This document shows positions 1 to 10,071 of a stretch of DNA of 64,000 nucleotides, piece after piece. Origin of the DNA: Candidatus Bathyarchaeum tardum (GTDB taxonomy: Archaea; Thermoproteota; Bathyarchaeia; Bathyarchaeales; Bathyarchaeaceae); contig CP122380.1 of NCBI GenBank assembly GCA_024650005.2, forward strand, positions 1,984,001 through 2,048,000, read 5' to 3'. Position 1 is the stretch's first letter. The number at the start of each line of letters is the position of its first letter. Under the pieces are notes generated by a model. That model saw only the letters and a program-made list of their open reading frames with translations. It had not been told where the DNA came from and did not search any database. Position numbers and translations under genes: made by a program.

Positions 1-501
1 TTTGACATATTTTTGGACTTCACCACAGCTGGCGTAGAAACTTATGGCGGTACAAATCAAGACAGAGACCCCACCCAAGTAGAAATCATTGGTGACACGA
101 CACTGCACATGTGGGGAAACAACTGGAAAGCTGTAATGAAAACCATAAATGTCGTTGGTGATGGCAGTCAAGCAATCTGTTTTGATTTTAAGAGCAACGG
201 CACCCAAGCAGAAATTAACGCAGTAGGTCTAGACACTGATTCTTCAATAAGTGAAAGCCAAACGTACCGAATATACGGAACCCAAAACTGGGGAAGAACT
301 GACCACTACGGATATACTCCTGATGAGTGGCAAGCCTATTCCATAATTTTGGATGATTTCAGCGGCAGTTTTAACCGAATTGTAATCGTTAACGATGCAG
401 ATGCCGCACAAGCAACAAACGTTTACTACAGAAACGTTAGAGTTGCTAAAACAACATCCATTGAACCAGTAACAAGTCTTGGGGCAGAAGAAACAGTATA
501 A
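1..501 (+). CDS. C-terminal part of a secreted/surface protein with a beta-sandwich (carbohydrate-binding-like) module; 5' end outside window
   Basis: Frame is open from base 1; Asn/Thr/Gly/aromatic-rich beta-strand pattern (TYGGTNQD, LHMWGNNWK, FDFKS, YGTQNWG, IVNDAD). Confidence 0.55.
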   Translation, partial: FDIFLDFTTAGVETYGGTNQDRDPTQVEIIGDTTLHMWGNNWKAVMKTINVVGDGSQAICFDFKSNGTQAEINAVGLDTDSSISESQTYRIYGTQNWGRTDHYGYTPDEWQAYSIILDDFSGSFNRIVIVNDADAAQATNVYYRNVRVAKTTSIEPVTSLGAEETV

Positions 502-599
502 AAACTAGAAAATTTTTTCAAACTAAATCCCAAAAAACTGGGCGGATATAATCCGCAAAAGTTTATAATAAACTTCTAAAGAAGGACAAAGCTAATTAA

Positions 600-1685
600 T
601 TGTCCACAGAAGGGAATCGTTTGAGAAAGTCTAAAAAAGTAATTGGAATCCCAAAAAACACGTTCATTATCGGAGTAATCATTGCTGCAATAGTCGGAGC
701 AGCACTTTCGTTTGGTGTAACTACATTATTGAATGTTAATATTGGGAATACAATTCCAGAAAACACAACAATAGCAGTAACTGACGTAAACATTGATGTA
801 CAAAATGCAGATTCTTTCAGCATAACTGTACTCAATCCAACGTATTCTCCCACAGAAGCTAAAATCAAAGAAATCATGGTTATAACAGAAAACGACGAAA
901 TTCACAATATCTTGTCTGTAAACCCACAACTTCCATACGAACTAAACAAAGGAGAAACCCAAATCTTTGAGTGTAAATGGACATGGGGAGACTATATCGG
1001 TAAAAACATAAACATAGTTGTAGTAGTTGAAGATGGATCAGGTGCAGTTTACGAACTGGAAACAGCTGCCATAGGACTAGAAATAAAATCGTCGGCATTT
1101 TCAGGGGCAGACACAGAACACTTCACGTTAACAATCGGCAACCCTGAAGAATCAGAAGTTGACTTCACAATTACAAAAATTGTAGTAACCCTAGAAAACG
1201 GAACAGACCTTGACATACGGAACGTATCACCTGCATTGCCGACAGTAATTTCTAAAGACTCAACAATCACGATTACTTGCGCATGGAACTGGGATGACTA
1301 CAGGGATAAAGACATAACAATTACCGCTTACACGTCACAGGGTTACAAATTCAGTTTAGAAAGAAGCACACCAAAACTGTCCCAAATTCTGGTTAAAGAC
1401 GTAACCTTTGACCCAACCAGTCTACAAACCTTTGACATTACAGTTGAAAACTCTGAAAATTCAGCAGAACCAGCCACTATAGTAGCAATTGAAATCATTA
1501 CAGACACAACTACAATAAATGTTCCAGTAATATTACCCCAAACACTACCGTATGAGATTCCAATAGGTCAATCAGTAACAATGACATGCGCATGGGACTG
1601 GTCAGCAACCAGAAACCAAAACATAGTAATTACAGTAGAAACGTCAGAAGGGTTCCTTGGATACTCTTACGAAACAACATCGTAA
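600..1685 (+). CDS. N-terminally anchored surface protein with three tandem Ig-like repeats
   Basis: Basic N-terminus plus TM helix; three ~100-aa repeats each with FxITVxN...LP...CxWxW...I.I.V.T..G. Confidence 0.75.
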   Translation: MSTEGNRLRKSKKVIGIPKNTFIIGVIIAAIVGAALSFGVTTLLNVNIGNTIPENTTIAVTDVNIDVQNADSFSITVLNPTYSPTEAKIKEIMVITENDEIHNILSVNPQLPYELNKGETQIFECKWTWGDYIGKNINIVVVVEDGSGAVYELETAAIGLEIKSSAFSGADTEHFTLTIGNPEESEVDFTITKIVVTLENGTDLDIRNVSPALPTVISKDSTITITCAWNWDDYRDKDITITAYTSQGYKFSLERSTPKLSQILVKDVTFDPTSLQTFDITVENSENSAEPATIVAIEIITDTTTINVPVILPQTLPYEIPIGQSVTMTCAWDWSATRNQNIVITVETSEGFLGYSYETTS

Positions 1686-1709
1686 ACTAAAAAATTGTTC
1701 ACAAAAATG

Positions 1710-1730
1710 GAAACCAGAAAAACTGGTTTC
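1710..1730. terminator. Hairpin between convergent genes
   Basis: gaaaccag-aaaaa-ctggtttc perfect 8-bp inverted repeat between the stop codons at 1685 and 1734. Confidence 0.45.
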
Positions 1731-1733
1731 TGT

Positions 1734-2621
1734 TTAGATGGCAGCCCCTTCAGAGGGGTCTTCCCTAACTTTTTCGAAGGCTTCCAGTATTCGTTTAGTT
1801 ACTGGACCCATTTTACCTGAACCAATCACACGACTGTTTACGCTACTTATAGGTGCAACTTCTGCAGCTGTTCCAGTGAAAAACACTTCGTCAGCGGTGA
1901 ACAACTCATTAGGAGTAATGTTTCGTTCTATTATTTCGATTCCAAGTTTTTTTGCCAACTTGATAATCAAAGTTCGGGTTATGCCATCCAAGGCACCTGA
2001 AGAAAGACAAGGAGTCAAAAGCTTGCCATTTCGCACGATGAATATGTTCTCGCCGACACCTTCACAGACATAGCCTGCTTTGTCCAGGCAGATGGCTTCG
2101 TCGGCGCCGATGTTGTTTGCTTCAATTTTACCCAAGATGCTGTTAAGGTAATTCAAGGATTTCATTTCGTGGGTTGCGCTGTCCACAGAATTTCTTCGCA
2201 CCCAAGTAATAATTGTAGATATTCCTTTTTCTAGTTTGTCAGGAGAATGTAACTGAAGTTTAGGTTCAGTAATTATGATAACTGTTGCCTTTGGACATTT
2301 TCGTGGGTCAAGACCTAAATCTCCAACGCCTCTTGTGACCACTAGGCGAATGTAGGCGTCTTTTAGGTCGTTCTTTCTAAGAGTTTCAAGCACCGCTTGA
2401 GTCATTTCCTCTCTGGTTAGGGGGATTTTCAGAAAGATTGGATGGGCAGACCTGTATAGCCTGTCGATGTGCTCTTTTAGTTTGAAGACTACACCGTTGT
2501 AGGCTCGGATTCCTTCAAAAACGCCGTCTCCGTACAGAAGACCATGATCATACACTGAGATTTTTGCCTCAGATTTCGGATAATACTCGCCATCGATGTA
2601 AATAAGCAACTCATTTGCCAT
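1734..2621 (-). CDS. ilvE: Branched-chain amino acid aminotransferase
   Basis: YGDGVFEGIRAY, KSLNYLN (PLP Lys), EGVGENIF, LDGITR, GTAAEV; start taken at MANELL after aggaga RBS. Confidence 0.95.
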   Translation of the reverse strand: MANELLIYIDGEYYPKSEAKISVYDHGLLYGDGVFEGIRAYNGVVFKLKEHIDRLYRSAHPIFLKIPLTREEMTQAVLETLRKNDLKDAYIRLVVTRGVGDLGLDPRKCPKATVIIITEPKLQLHSPDKLEKGISTIITWVRRNSVDSATHEMKSLNYLNSILGKIEANNIGADEAICLDKAGYVCEGVGENIFIVRNGKLLTPCLSSGALDGITRTLIIKLAKKLGIEIIERNITPNELFTADEVFFTGTAAEVAPISSVNSRVIGSGKMGPVTKRILEAFEKVREDPSEGAAI

Positions 2622-2814
2622 ACAAATCTCTCCTTTTATTATAGACGTCAACCTTAAACTATCTGCTTGATATTTAAATTTTAACACAACACAAACTAAA
2701 TCTACCATTTTTGTAAAGAAAAAGAATTTTCCAGTTTTGTCTTCTATTTGGCTTTATTCTCGAAAAGAGTTAAAAAAATTGTTAGCATACCAGTAAGGCA
2801 AGTTAATCAAACAG

Positions 2815-2838
2815 AAACTAGTTATTAATAGCTAGTTT
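2815..2838. promoter_or_regulatory. Near-perfect 24-bp palindrome in the divergent ilvE/radical-SAM intergenic region
   Basis: aaactagttatt|aatagctagttt, one mismatch; overlaps a TATA-like ttattaat upstream of 2860. Confidence 0.4.
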
Positions 2839-2859
2839 TAGTGACAGGAAAGTGGACTT

Positions 2860-3684
2860 GTGCTTAAAACAGAGCCGTGGCTGGAAATTACAACCATCAG
2901 CAAATGCAGTATTGACTGCAGGTATTGTCCACAACAAACGTTTCAAGAACAGTATCAAGGTGCCAAAATTCTCACACTAGAAAATTTCAAAAAGGCACTT
3001 TCGAAAGTACCCAGAAAAGTAGCAATTCATTTTTCAGGTTTTTCAGAACCGTTCCTTAATCCGCAATGTTTGGATATGATCGAACACGCATCCTTGAAAG
3101 GACACAAGATTGTCTTATTTTCAACCCTTGTTGGATTAAAAAGTGAAAACGTAGAACGAATTAGACGCTGTAACCCTGAAGTAATTTTGCATCTGCCAGA
3201 CAACATGGGTAACACCAATATTCCAGTTACTGAAAACTACAAAAAAACCCTAGATACAGTTTTGAAGAACTTAAACGTAACAGGCTATTACGTAATGGAC
3301 AAAAATTTCATTTCAAACGAACGAGCAGGCCATTGTGATGATACACCAAAAAGGCATGTTCGAGGTTGGTTTTTTTGTGAAAAACTGATAGGCCCCCAGT
3401 TTGTTATGCTCCCAAACTGTGATGTAGTTTTATGCTGCATGGATTATGAATTAAAACATCTTGTTGGAAACTTATTGAAACAGACATGGAATGAAATTGT
3501 TAACTCAGAAGAATACCAAACAGTTCGAGCAAACCGTTACAAATTTGATGGTGAAATTTTATGCAGAAAGTGTGTTTGGGCGTCATTAACGTTTAGGTCC
3601 AAGTATTACCTCAAAAGAATTCTTCAAAAGTATTACGAGAAACAAAGTATACAACAATACAAATCCAAAAAAATGAAAAATTAA
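2860..3684 (+). CDS. Radical SAM protein with SPASM/twitch domain
   Basis: CSIDCRYC (CxxxCxxC), FSGFSEP, C-terminal C...G/CDVVLCCMD...GNL...CRKC. Confidence 0.85.
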   Translation: MLKTEPWLEITTISKCSIDCRYCPQQTFQEQYQGAKILTLENFKKALSKVPRKVAIHFSGFSEPFLNPQCLDMIEHASLKGHKIVLFSTLVGLKSENVERIRRCNPEVILHLPDNMGNTNIPVTENYKKTLDTVLKNLNVTGYYVMDKNFISNERAGHCDDTPKRHVRGWFFCEKLIGPQFVMLPNCDVVLCCMDYELKHLVGNLLKQTWNEIVNSEEYQTVRANRYKFDGEILCRKCVWASLTFRSKYYLKRILQKYYEKQSIQQYKSKKMKN

Positions 3685-5546
3685 AAAGAAAACTGAGGTC
3701 TTTTTGACAGCAACTTGGGCAAGGCTAAAGGTTTGAAGGGCTTATCTGCAGTTTTTTCATTGATTTCATTGGTTAATTCTTGAAGTCTCATTTCACGGAT
3801 TTGTTTTCCAGCATTTCGGTCCCGAACTGGCAATACTTCAGAGTTTGCTTCTTTTTCGCCGTATACCAGCACGTAGTTTACCCATTCTTTTTCTGCAGCT
3901 CGAACTTTTTTGCCTAAACTTAGGGCTCTATCATCGACGTCAACGCGCACGTTACAGTTTTCGATTTTTTTCATCAGTTTTTCTGCCTCGTCGAGATACT
4001 TTTCGGAAACCGGAATAATCCTCAACTGAGTAGGAGCCAGCCATAAAGGCAAGATTGGTGTTTTTCCTTTCAAAGAGTCTCGGTGAGCTTTTTCCAGCAG
4101 GGCATATACGTCCCGTTCGATGGCTCCGCTTGGGGAACAGTGCAAAACCAAAGGATATTGTTTTTCGCCGTTTTCGTCCACGTAGGTCATGTCGTAGTGC
4201 TTAGAGTTTTCTATGTCGATTTGGTCAGTGGAAAGAGCAGAAGCCTTGTTTAGATTATCCACGAAATTGAATTCCCATTTCAAAACAAAATAGAAGAAGC
4301 GTTCTTCCCACATTTCAATGAGGACAGGTTTGCCAAATAACTTCACCATATTGAGAACAAAATCCTTGTTTTCAGCATAGAAGTCCTTGGTTACTCGGAT
4401 TGCTAACTCGTAATCGGTTTCTTTGTTTAGTTCCAGACTGTCCATAATTCCCATGGACATTTGGAAACGAACCAGAAACTCTTCTTTTGCTTGATCCATG
4501 TCAGCAACCAAAGCATGACAATCAGGCATAGTAAAACAACGAAGCCTGCGCAACCCTGTTACTTCGCCGCTTTTTTCTCGGCGGAAAGCGTATTTTGTTA
4601 ATTCATACATCCGCAACGGAAGTTGCTTGTAACTGAATTGGGTGTCGTGCACCATTAAAAACTGACCAAAACAGGCGCTGAACCTTAAAAAGAAGTCGCG
4701 CTTGTCCGAACATAAGACGTATTGACGGGCAGGAAAACGTTGAAGATAATGAGCAATTGCAGGGTGCTCAAGGTCGTACATGATGGGGGTTTCAACTTCC
4801 ATTCCCCCGTAATCGATTACTTTTTCGGTTACATACTGTTCTATCAACGATTTTATCATACGACCTTTAGGATACCACCGCAGGTTGCCAGGGTCGCTTC
4901 CAGGTTCATAGTCTGCGATTTCTAGCCGCTTCATCAAAGGAACATGAGGCGGAACATTCTGTTCAGCACGAACTTTCTTGATTTCATATTTGCATAATTT
5001 TTCTAAGTTTTTCCAGTCTTTGAAGCGATATTCTTTTACGGGAATTAACTCACCGTCAGGCTGCAACACATACCAATATGATTTGAGTTTTTCTTCTGCT
5101 TTAAGAGCATCACAGACAACCTCTTCTTTTTCTGAGTCACATGTAACTACTCTAAGGTGCTCAGCCAATGGGTGACCTTTAATGGAAATTGAGAACTGTT
5201 TGCACCAGCCAAAAGGTGAAGAATATGTTTCTATCCCCATCTCCTTGGCGACGTTTTTGAGTTCATTAAGAACCTTCAAAGCTTCAGAAGGTTTAGCCAA
5301 ATTGCTGCTCAAGTGAGCATAAGGATAAATCAACACACGATTAACTTTGAGTTGATCTAACGATACTTTAGTGCTTTCCATGGCTTTCTTTGCAACGTTT
5401 AGGTCGTCACCTTCTTCAACTGCAGTAAAAAGCACTACAACTTCTTCGATGCGGTCTTTGGTTTTTTCGAGTTCCTCTGCAGAGGGAATTTCTTTTTCAA
5501 TTGCTTCGTATTCGATAAAGTTTGAATGTAACTGAAGAATTCTCAA
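3681..5546 (-). CDS. thrS: Threonyl-tRNA synthetase, archaeal type with N-terminal editing domain
   Basis: MRILQLH start, YPYAHLS, LRFSACFG, FRREKSGE, LHCSPSG, anticodon-binding domain. Confidence 0.97.
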   Translation of the reverse strand: MRILQLHSNFIEYEAIEKEIPSAEELEKTKDRIEEVVVLFTAVEEGDDLNVAKKAMESTKVSLDQLKVNRVLIYPYAHLSSNLAKPSEALKVLNELKNVAKEMGIETYSSPFGWCKQFSISIKGHPLAEHLRVVTCDSEKEEVVCDALKAEEKLKSYWYVLQPDGELIPVKEYRFKDWKNLEKLCKYEIKKVRAEQNVPPHVPLMKRLEIADYEPGSDPGNLRWYPKGRMIKSLIEQYVTEKVIDYGGMEVETPIMYDLEHPAIAHYLQRFPARQYVLCSDKRDFFLRFSACFGQFLMVHDTQFSYKQLPLRMYELTKYAFRREKSGEVTGLRRLRCFTMPDCHALVADMDQAKEEFLVRFQMSMGIMDSLELNKETDYELAIRVTKDFYAENKDFVLNMVKLFGKPVLIEMWEERFFYFVLKWEFNFVDNLNKASALSTDQIDIENSKHYDMTYVDENGEKQYPLVLHCSPSGAIERDVYALLEKAHRDSLKGKTPILPLWLAPTQLRIIPVSEKYLDEAEKLMKKIENCNVRVDVDDRALSLGKKVRAAEKEWVNYVLVYGEKEANSEVLPVRDRNAGKQIREMRLQELTNEINEKTADKPFKPLALPKLLSKRPQFSF

Positions 5547-5607
5547 TCTGAACAGCCAGCTTTCAAGTCAATAAAATTGAAGACCAATGAACAAACACAT
5601 TTAGGCA

Positions 5608-5814
5608 TTAGCCTTTGTGCCTCCATTGTTCGAGGAGTTTGTCTTTTTTGCTGCCTTTTTTGTATTCTTTGTAGTGTTCTCTGCAAAGGTATGATCGTTT
5701 TTCGCCGTCAACTTTTAGTCCTGCTGAGCTTACTTTTTCCCGCGGAAGAGAACGAATCGCATCTTTATCACAGCCTGAAACGCTACATTTTTGTCCTTTA
5801 CCTACTCGACCCAA
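5608..5814 (-). CDS. Small conserved archaeal zinc-finger protein
   Basis: CSVSGC...YLCREHY, basic; co-oriented upstream of thrS. Confidence 0.75.
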   Translation of the reverse strand: MGRVGKGQKCSVSGCDKDAIRSLPREKVSSAGLKVDGEKRSYLCREHYKEYKKGSKKDKLLEQWRHKG

Positions 5815-6083
5815 AGTATTTCACTGCTCCTTTTCTGTTAATAATTTAACTTCATTGCATATTAGCCCAGCGCTAATTTAATTGTTTTGAGTAAGAAAAA
5901 AGACAACTAAACGGAAAACAAGGGTTTGCTGAGATCCTAGCACAAGGCTTTGAAGGAATGAAAAAATGAAAAAACCATTGCTACTATCTTTTGGTTATTT
6001 TCATTTGTGCTAGGGTCTTTTCAGCCCCTTGTTTTCTTCCAATGGATTCTCCCACGAAAAAAAGGGGAGAAAGGGGGGTTGAT

Positions 6084-8630
6084 TTATTTGCGTTTGAGCA
6101 GAACGTATGCGGCTACGCCGATTACTGCTGCGACTGCAATTGCTGCGATTATGGCTACTTCTGTTGTGATGAAGCCTGCTGGTTCTTCTGTTTCTACGGG
6201 TTCAGTGTCGACTGGTTCGTTGTCGATTGGAGTTGCTGGTGTAGGTGCTGGACCAACATTGAGGTATGTTGATTGTGAGGAGCCATAGTATCCGTCAGAG
6301 CCTTCAAAGGTTGCAATGATGGTGTATATTCCTTCCATTTCGGGAGTAAATGCCAAGGCATAGTTGCCATAAGAGTCGCTTGTGGTTGTGCCTAGGGGTA
6401 TGCATTCCATGTCTGGAGTTATTGCTTCAATTTTGACTGAAACACCAACTGCATCTGCTGGGCGGTCTGCTTGTTGGTAGACGTATTTCATCCATGCGCC
6501 CATGTCGTTGTCAGAGATTGCTGCAACACCATCTGGGAATCGGATTGTCAAACCTGCTTCGTTTGTGCCTGGAGAAACATCCATCACAGTTCCCGTGACC
6601 AATGCACTGTTTCCTAGGGAAACAACATTGTTCTTGATTTCAACGGTGGTTGCGCTTGCACCTTTTCCGAAAGCGTAGATTTGCATGTCATAGGTGTTCA
6701 TTGATGCAATGATGCTGTCACCGATGACTGCGTCGCCTCCCCAAACTGTTGATCGGACAATACCGTCAACACGGAAGATTTCGTCACCAGTTTTTACATC
6801 TAGACAGATGAAGGGTGCACCACGTGCTTTAGGATCAAGGGGTGAGTGTTCAGAGTGAGCAATGTAGACTTTTTCGTCAGTGAAGAATAGTGTGTCTAGT
6901 GGCCAGCTGTTGCCCCAGAGAATTTCGGAGTATGTGTCCACTGCGTCATAGGTCCATAGTAGGCTCCCGTCGGTAATGTCGTAGCAGTATACTATTCCAC
7001 CATATCCTGCCGAGAAGAGTTTGTTGTAAGCGATGTTAACTCCAAGGTTAATGAAGGCATTTTCGACCCACATGTCCATGTAGTATTGAGAGTCAGTTGA
7101 CCATTCAAAATCGCCGTCGTCAATGCTGAAAGCGTGGTGAGTTCGTGATTCTTTTGCAGATATTACAAACACGCCGTCTTCAAAGCTTGCAGCAGACCAT
7201 AGGAAACTCAAGTTACCACCTGCAGGCGGAGTCCAAGTTGTGTCGAATAATACGTCTCCTTGGTTTCCTTCAGACAAGTCAATTCCCCACATTTCAATGG
7301 GTGTACCGTCTGAATCTTGGACGAACAATGCGCCAACATCAACACCGATGATTCGGTCGCCAACTACTGCTTGAGCAGTTCCAACCAGATCTGTTGGGAT
7401 AGTTACGTTCCATTGATAGCCTGCTGTGGCATCGTATGTTCCGAAACCAGAACCTGAGAACCCAGCCATCCAGCTTCCTGAATCGGAGACTACATGCGTT
7501 GAGTTCCACATACTCATCCAACCAGCATTCAAGTTTACAGTGTATATCAGAAATTCACCGTTTTGACCAACTTTTAGAAGACCACCAGGTACATTTTCCA
7601 TGCTGTAAACAAGTTCACCATTGATTGGGTCATATGCATGCCAAGTAGTAGCTGAAAGTCCCATTAAACCAGGAGCACTTTCGAGAGTCCATATGTAATC
7701 AAAGGTTCCGTGGTAGTTAAATGAGGACCAGAACAAAGTTTGACCGTATGCTACTTGTTCGTTGTTACCTAAAGTCTTGCACCATAGTTCTTCACCAGTG
7801 TGAAGATCTACTGCAACAACTTCCTGAATGGGATAGCCGCTCTTGTATTTGTTGTAGTAAAGGTTACCAGCAAGGACTACTGAATTGCTCCAGAATCCTT
7901 CGTATGCGTCACCAGATTCAAAGGAGTGATCTCCTAGTTCACCGCCAACAAGACCTCCTGTTGTTAGTGTTTTTCGCCACAGAATGTGGACAGTGTTTGG
8001 CGCTTCGTCATTGTAGGGAGCATACAAGTTTTCAGGAGTCATTAACCAGTTTCCAGCAATTGTGTTCCATTCACGAAGTTGGGAATCGATTGGTCGAGTC
8101 CAGTATTCGTTTGGAAGGTTTGCTGCTGGGTAGTACTCAACTTGCACGTCTTCAACGATGAGCTCTAGAACGTCACTGGTGCCTTCTTCATAGTAAGTTG
8201 CAGAACTAACTGGGAACCCGTAGTAGAATCCAGTGTAGTTGTACCATTGTGCAGGGAAATTTGTTACTAACTCGTAGGTTCCTGCCATAGTAGGGGTGTA
8301 AACTGTACCAGTTCCACCAGTTGAGTCGGTTCTGAAGGGACCAAGGATTTCTTCGTTTCCTTCAGGGTCAGTGACAGTTACAGTTAGACCTGTAAATCCA
8401 TCTTCTGTGGTTTGTGTTGAATCGGTTATACCGACGTGCAACAAAACCATTTGACCCACACCAACTGGGTTGGGAATTCCACCGATATAAGGGTAGGATT
8501 GTTTTCGGGTTGCTTGAGCGTTAACGGTTGGCAAAGCAATGATTAAAGTTGATAATGTTAATATTAGTACCAAAGCGATAGTAGAAGTTTTAGATTTTTT
8601 AATCGTATTTTCCATTTGTATTTTCACCAA
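6084..8630 (-). CDS. Secreted PQQ-like beta-propeller protein with Ig-like domains and C-terminal membrane anchor
   Basis: Signal peptide, repeated AVDLHTGEELW/CYDITDGSLLW blades, Pro/Thr/Glu linker, TM helix plus KRK tail. Confidence 0.85.
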   Translation of the reverse strand: MVKIQMENTIKKSKTSTIALVLILTLSTLIIALPTVNAQATRKQSYPYIGGIPNPVGVGQMVLLHVGITDSTQTTEDGFTGLTVTVTDPEGNEEILGPFRTDSTGGTGTVYTPTMAGTYELVTNFPAQWYNYTGFYYGFPVSSATYYEEGTSDVLELIVEDVQVEYYPAANLPNEYWTRPIDSQLREWNTIAGNWLMTPENLYAPYNDEAPNTVHILWRKTLTTGGLVGGELGDHSFESGDAYEGFWSNSVVLAGNLYYNKYKSGYPIQEVVAVDLHTGEELWCKTLGNNEQVAYGQTLFWSSFNYHGTFDYIWTLESAPGLMGLSATTWHAYDPINGELVYSMENVPGGLLKVGQNGEFLIYTVNLNAGWMSMWNSTHVVSDSGSWMAGFSGSGFGTYDATAGYQWNVTIPTDLVGTAQAVVGDRIIGVDVGALFVQDSDGTPIEMWGIDLSEGNQGDVLFDTTWTPPAGGNLSFLWSAASFEDGVFVISAKESRTHHAFSIDDGDFEWSTDSQYYMDMWVENAFINLGVNIAYNKLFSAGYGGIVYCYDITDGSLLWTYDAVDTYSEILWGNSWPLDTLFFTDEKVYIAHSEHSPLDPKARGAPFICLDVKTGDEIFRVDGIVRSTVWGGDAVIGDSIIASMNTYDMQIYAFGKGASATTVEIKNNVVSLGNSALVTGTVMDVSPGTNEAGLTIRFPDGVAAISDNDMGAWMKYVYQQADRPADAVGVSVKIEAITPDMECIPLGTTTSDSYGNYALAFTPEMEGIYTIIATFEGSDGYYGSSQSTYLNVGPAPTPATPIDNEPVDTEPVETEEPAGFITTEVAIIAAIAVAAVIGVAAYVLLKRK

Positions 8631-8797
8631 TTATTTTTCATTTTTTCAAAGAGATGGAATAAGCAGTAAAAATGCTTCATTCCTTCTACAGAAATGTCAA
8701 AATCAAAGAGCAACATTTAATGGTTTGAGTGTCCCATTAGGACGAAAAGGTTGAAATATTTAAGCTAAAACGTACAAAAACTAAAATCTTTAAAGAA

Positions 8798-9598
8798 GTG
8801 AAAAAGTTGAACAATCCACGAAATGAAGTTCAAACAATGACAAAATTAGGACTTACAAGCAGGCAAGCCATAGTTTACCTTTGGTTAACTAAATCAGGCA
8901 TAGCACCCATCAAAACTATTTCAAGAGGTACAAAAATTGCCCGACAGCACATTTACAAAATAACAGAAAACCTCAACCAAATAGGGTTAGTTGAAAAAAT
9001 TTTAGACGCCCCAACAAAATTCAAGGCAACCCCAATAGAGATTGGAATCTCGATTTTAATGGAGAATAAAAATACAGAATTCACCAACCTGAAAACAGAA
9101 ACCACAGACTTGATTAAAAGCGTCAAAAAACAAACAATAACAAGTTCGGTCCAAGATGAAAAACCAGAATTTGTTGTTGTTTCTGGAAAAGCGCTGACTT
9201 TATCGAAGTTACATCAAGGATTAGGTGAAAGCCAAAAAGCAATAGACGGAATTGGGGCATGGATTAGAATAAAAAAAGCATTTTACAATAACTATGCAAA
9301 CATCAAAAAGTCTTTGGACAAAGGCATCCAAATTCGCCAGATTATAGATACACCTCCAGACAAAGAGCAATTTAAAAATGAACTCAAAGAGATATTAGAG
9401 CATCCATTATATTCAATCAAGTGTATTCCACCCCCGCCTCCAGCAATATTGTTTCTGCGTGATAAAAAAGAGGCAATGATTAGCAATTCAGTTGCCAGTC
9501 CAGAAGAAACTCCAGATTTATGGGTAAGTAACCAGCACTTAGTTACAATTCTTCAAGACTATTTTGAAATGATGTGGAACAAGGCAACCGAAATATAG
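8798..9598 (+). CDS. TrmB-family transcriptional regulator
   Basis: LGLTSRQAIVY...IARQHIYKITENLNQIGLVEK wHTH; C-terminal effector domain ending YFEMMW. Confidence 0.85.
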   Translation: MKKLNNPRNEVQTMTKLGLTSRQAIVYLWLTKSGIAPIKTISRGTKIARQHIYKITENLNQIGLVEKILDAPTKFKATPIEIGISILMENKNTEFTNLKTETTDLIKSVKKQTITSSVQDEKPEFVVVSGKALTLSKLHQGLGESQKAIDGIGAWIRIKKAFYNNYANIKKSLDKGIQIRQIIDTPPDKEQFKNELKEILEHPLYSIKCIPPPPPAILFLRDKKEAMISNSVASPEETPDLWVSNQHLVTILQDYFEMMWNKATEI

Positions 9599-9869
9599 AC
9601 AAAACAATTAGGCACTAAGACTTGAACAAAGTCGTCAGGTATGTTGACCCTCAAGGTAAAAACATAGTTTTAGGGGATGAAAACATAAGATACATGAACA
9701 GGGAGCCGTAGATATTTAATAATCTTTAAGTTGTTTTTTACTGTTTTCAATTGACAGTTGATTTTTTCGATAGGAATCATTTTTGTTAAAAACATAAAAA
9801 TAATGGTACTTTTTGAAAAGGCAAACAATAGCGCTCCGACTTCAAATGAAATCATAGCTTAAGACAGGG

Positions 9870-9877
9870 TTTATAAG
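9870..9877 (+). promoter_or_regulatory. TATA box upstream of the structured leader RNA
   Basis: tttataag about 25 nt before the first base of the predicted P1 helix. Confidence 0.5.
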
Positions 9878-9901
9878 TGGTGCTGAGAATATATTTTAAT
9901 G

Positions 9902-10037
9902 TGAGCGGGGGAGCACGCTTAGAACCTTTTTGCGTTCTAACAACGAGCGAACCAATCCAAAAGGCGAAAGATTGGGAAACGACAAAAACGTTGTTTTATA
10001 CGGGCCAAACAAAAAATCAAGGCTTAGACCCCGCTTG
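9902..10037 (+). ncRNA. Candidate structured ncRNA or cis-regulatory leader (five-way junction) upstream of dodecin
   Basis: P1 tgagcgggg/ccccgcttg; hairpins ttagaac/gttctaa, ccaatc/gattgg, aaacgac/gttgttt, gggcc/ggctt; no ORF; G:U pairs favour the + strand. Confidence 0.6.
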
Positions 10038-10071
10038 ATAATTATATTTTGTTAATATACGAGGTGAAAAA

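Noticed and set aside
543-557. Palindrome gcggat-ata-atccgc
   Set aside because: Short single occurrence; cannot distinguish operator, terminator or chance.
9902-10037. Assigning the structured RNA to RNase P, tRNA, or the FMN/lysine/TPP riboswitch families
   Set aside because: The 3' ggctta resembles the RNase P end but GAGGAAAGUCC is absent and it is too short; there is no T-loop/D-loop consensus; the riboswitch signature sequences are not present.
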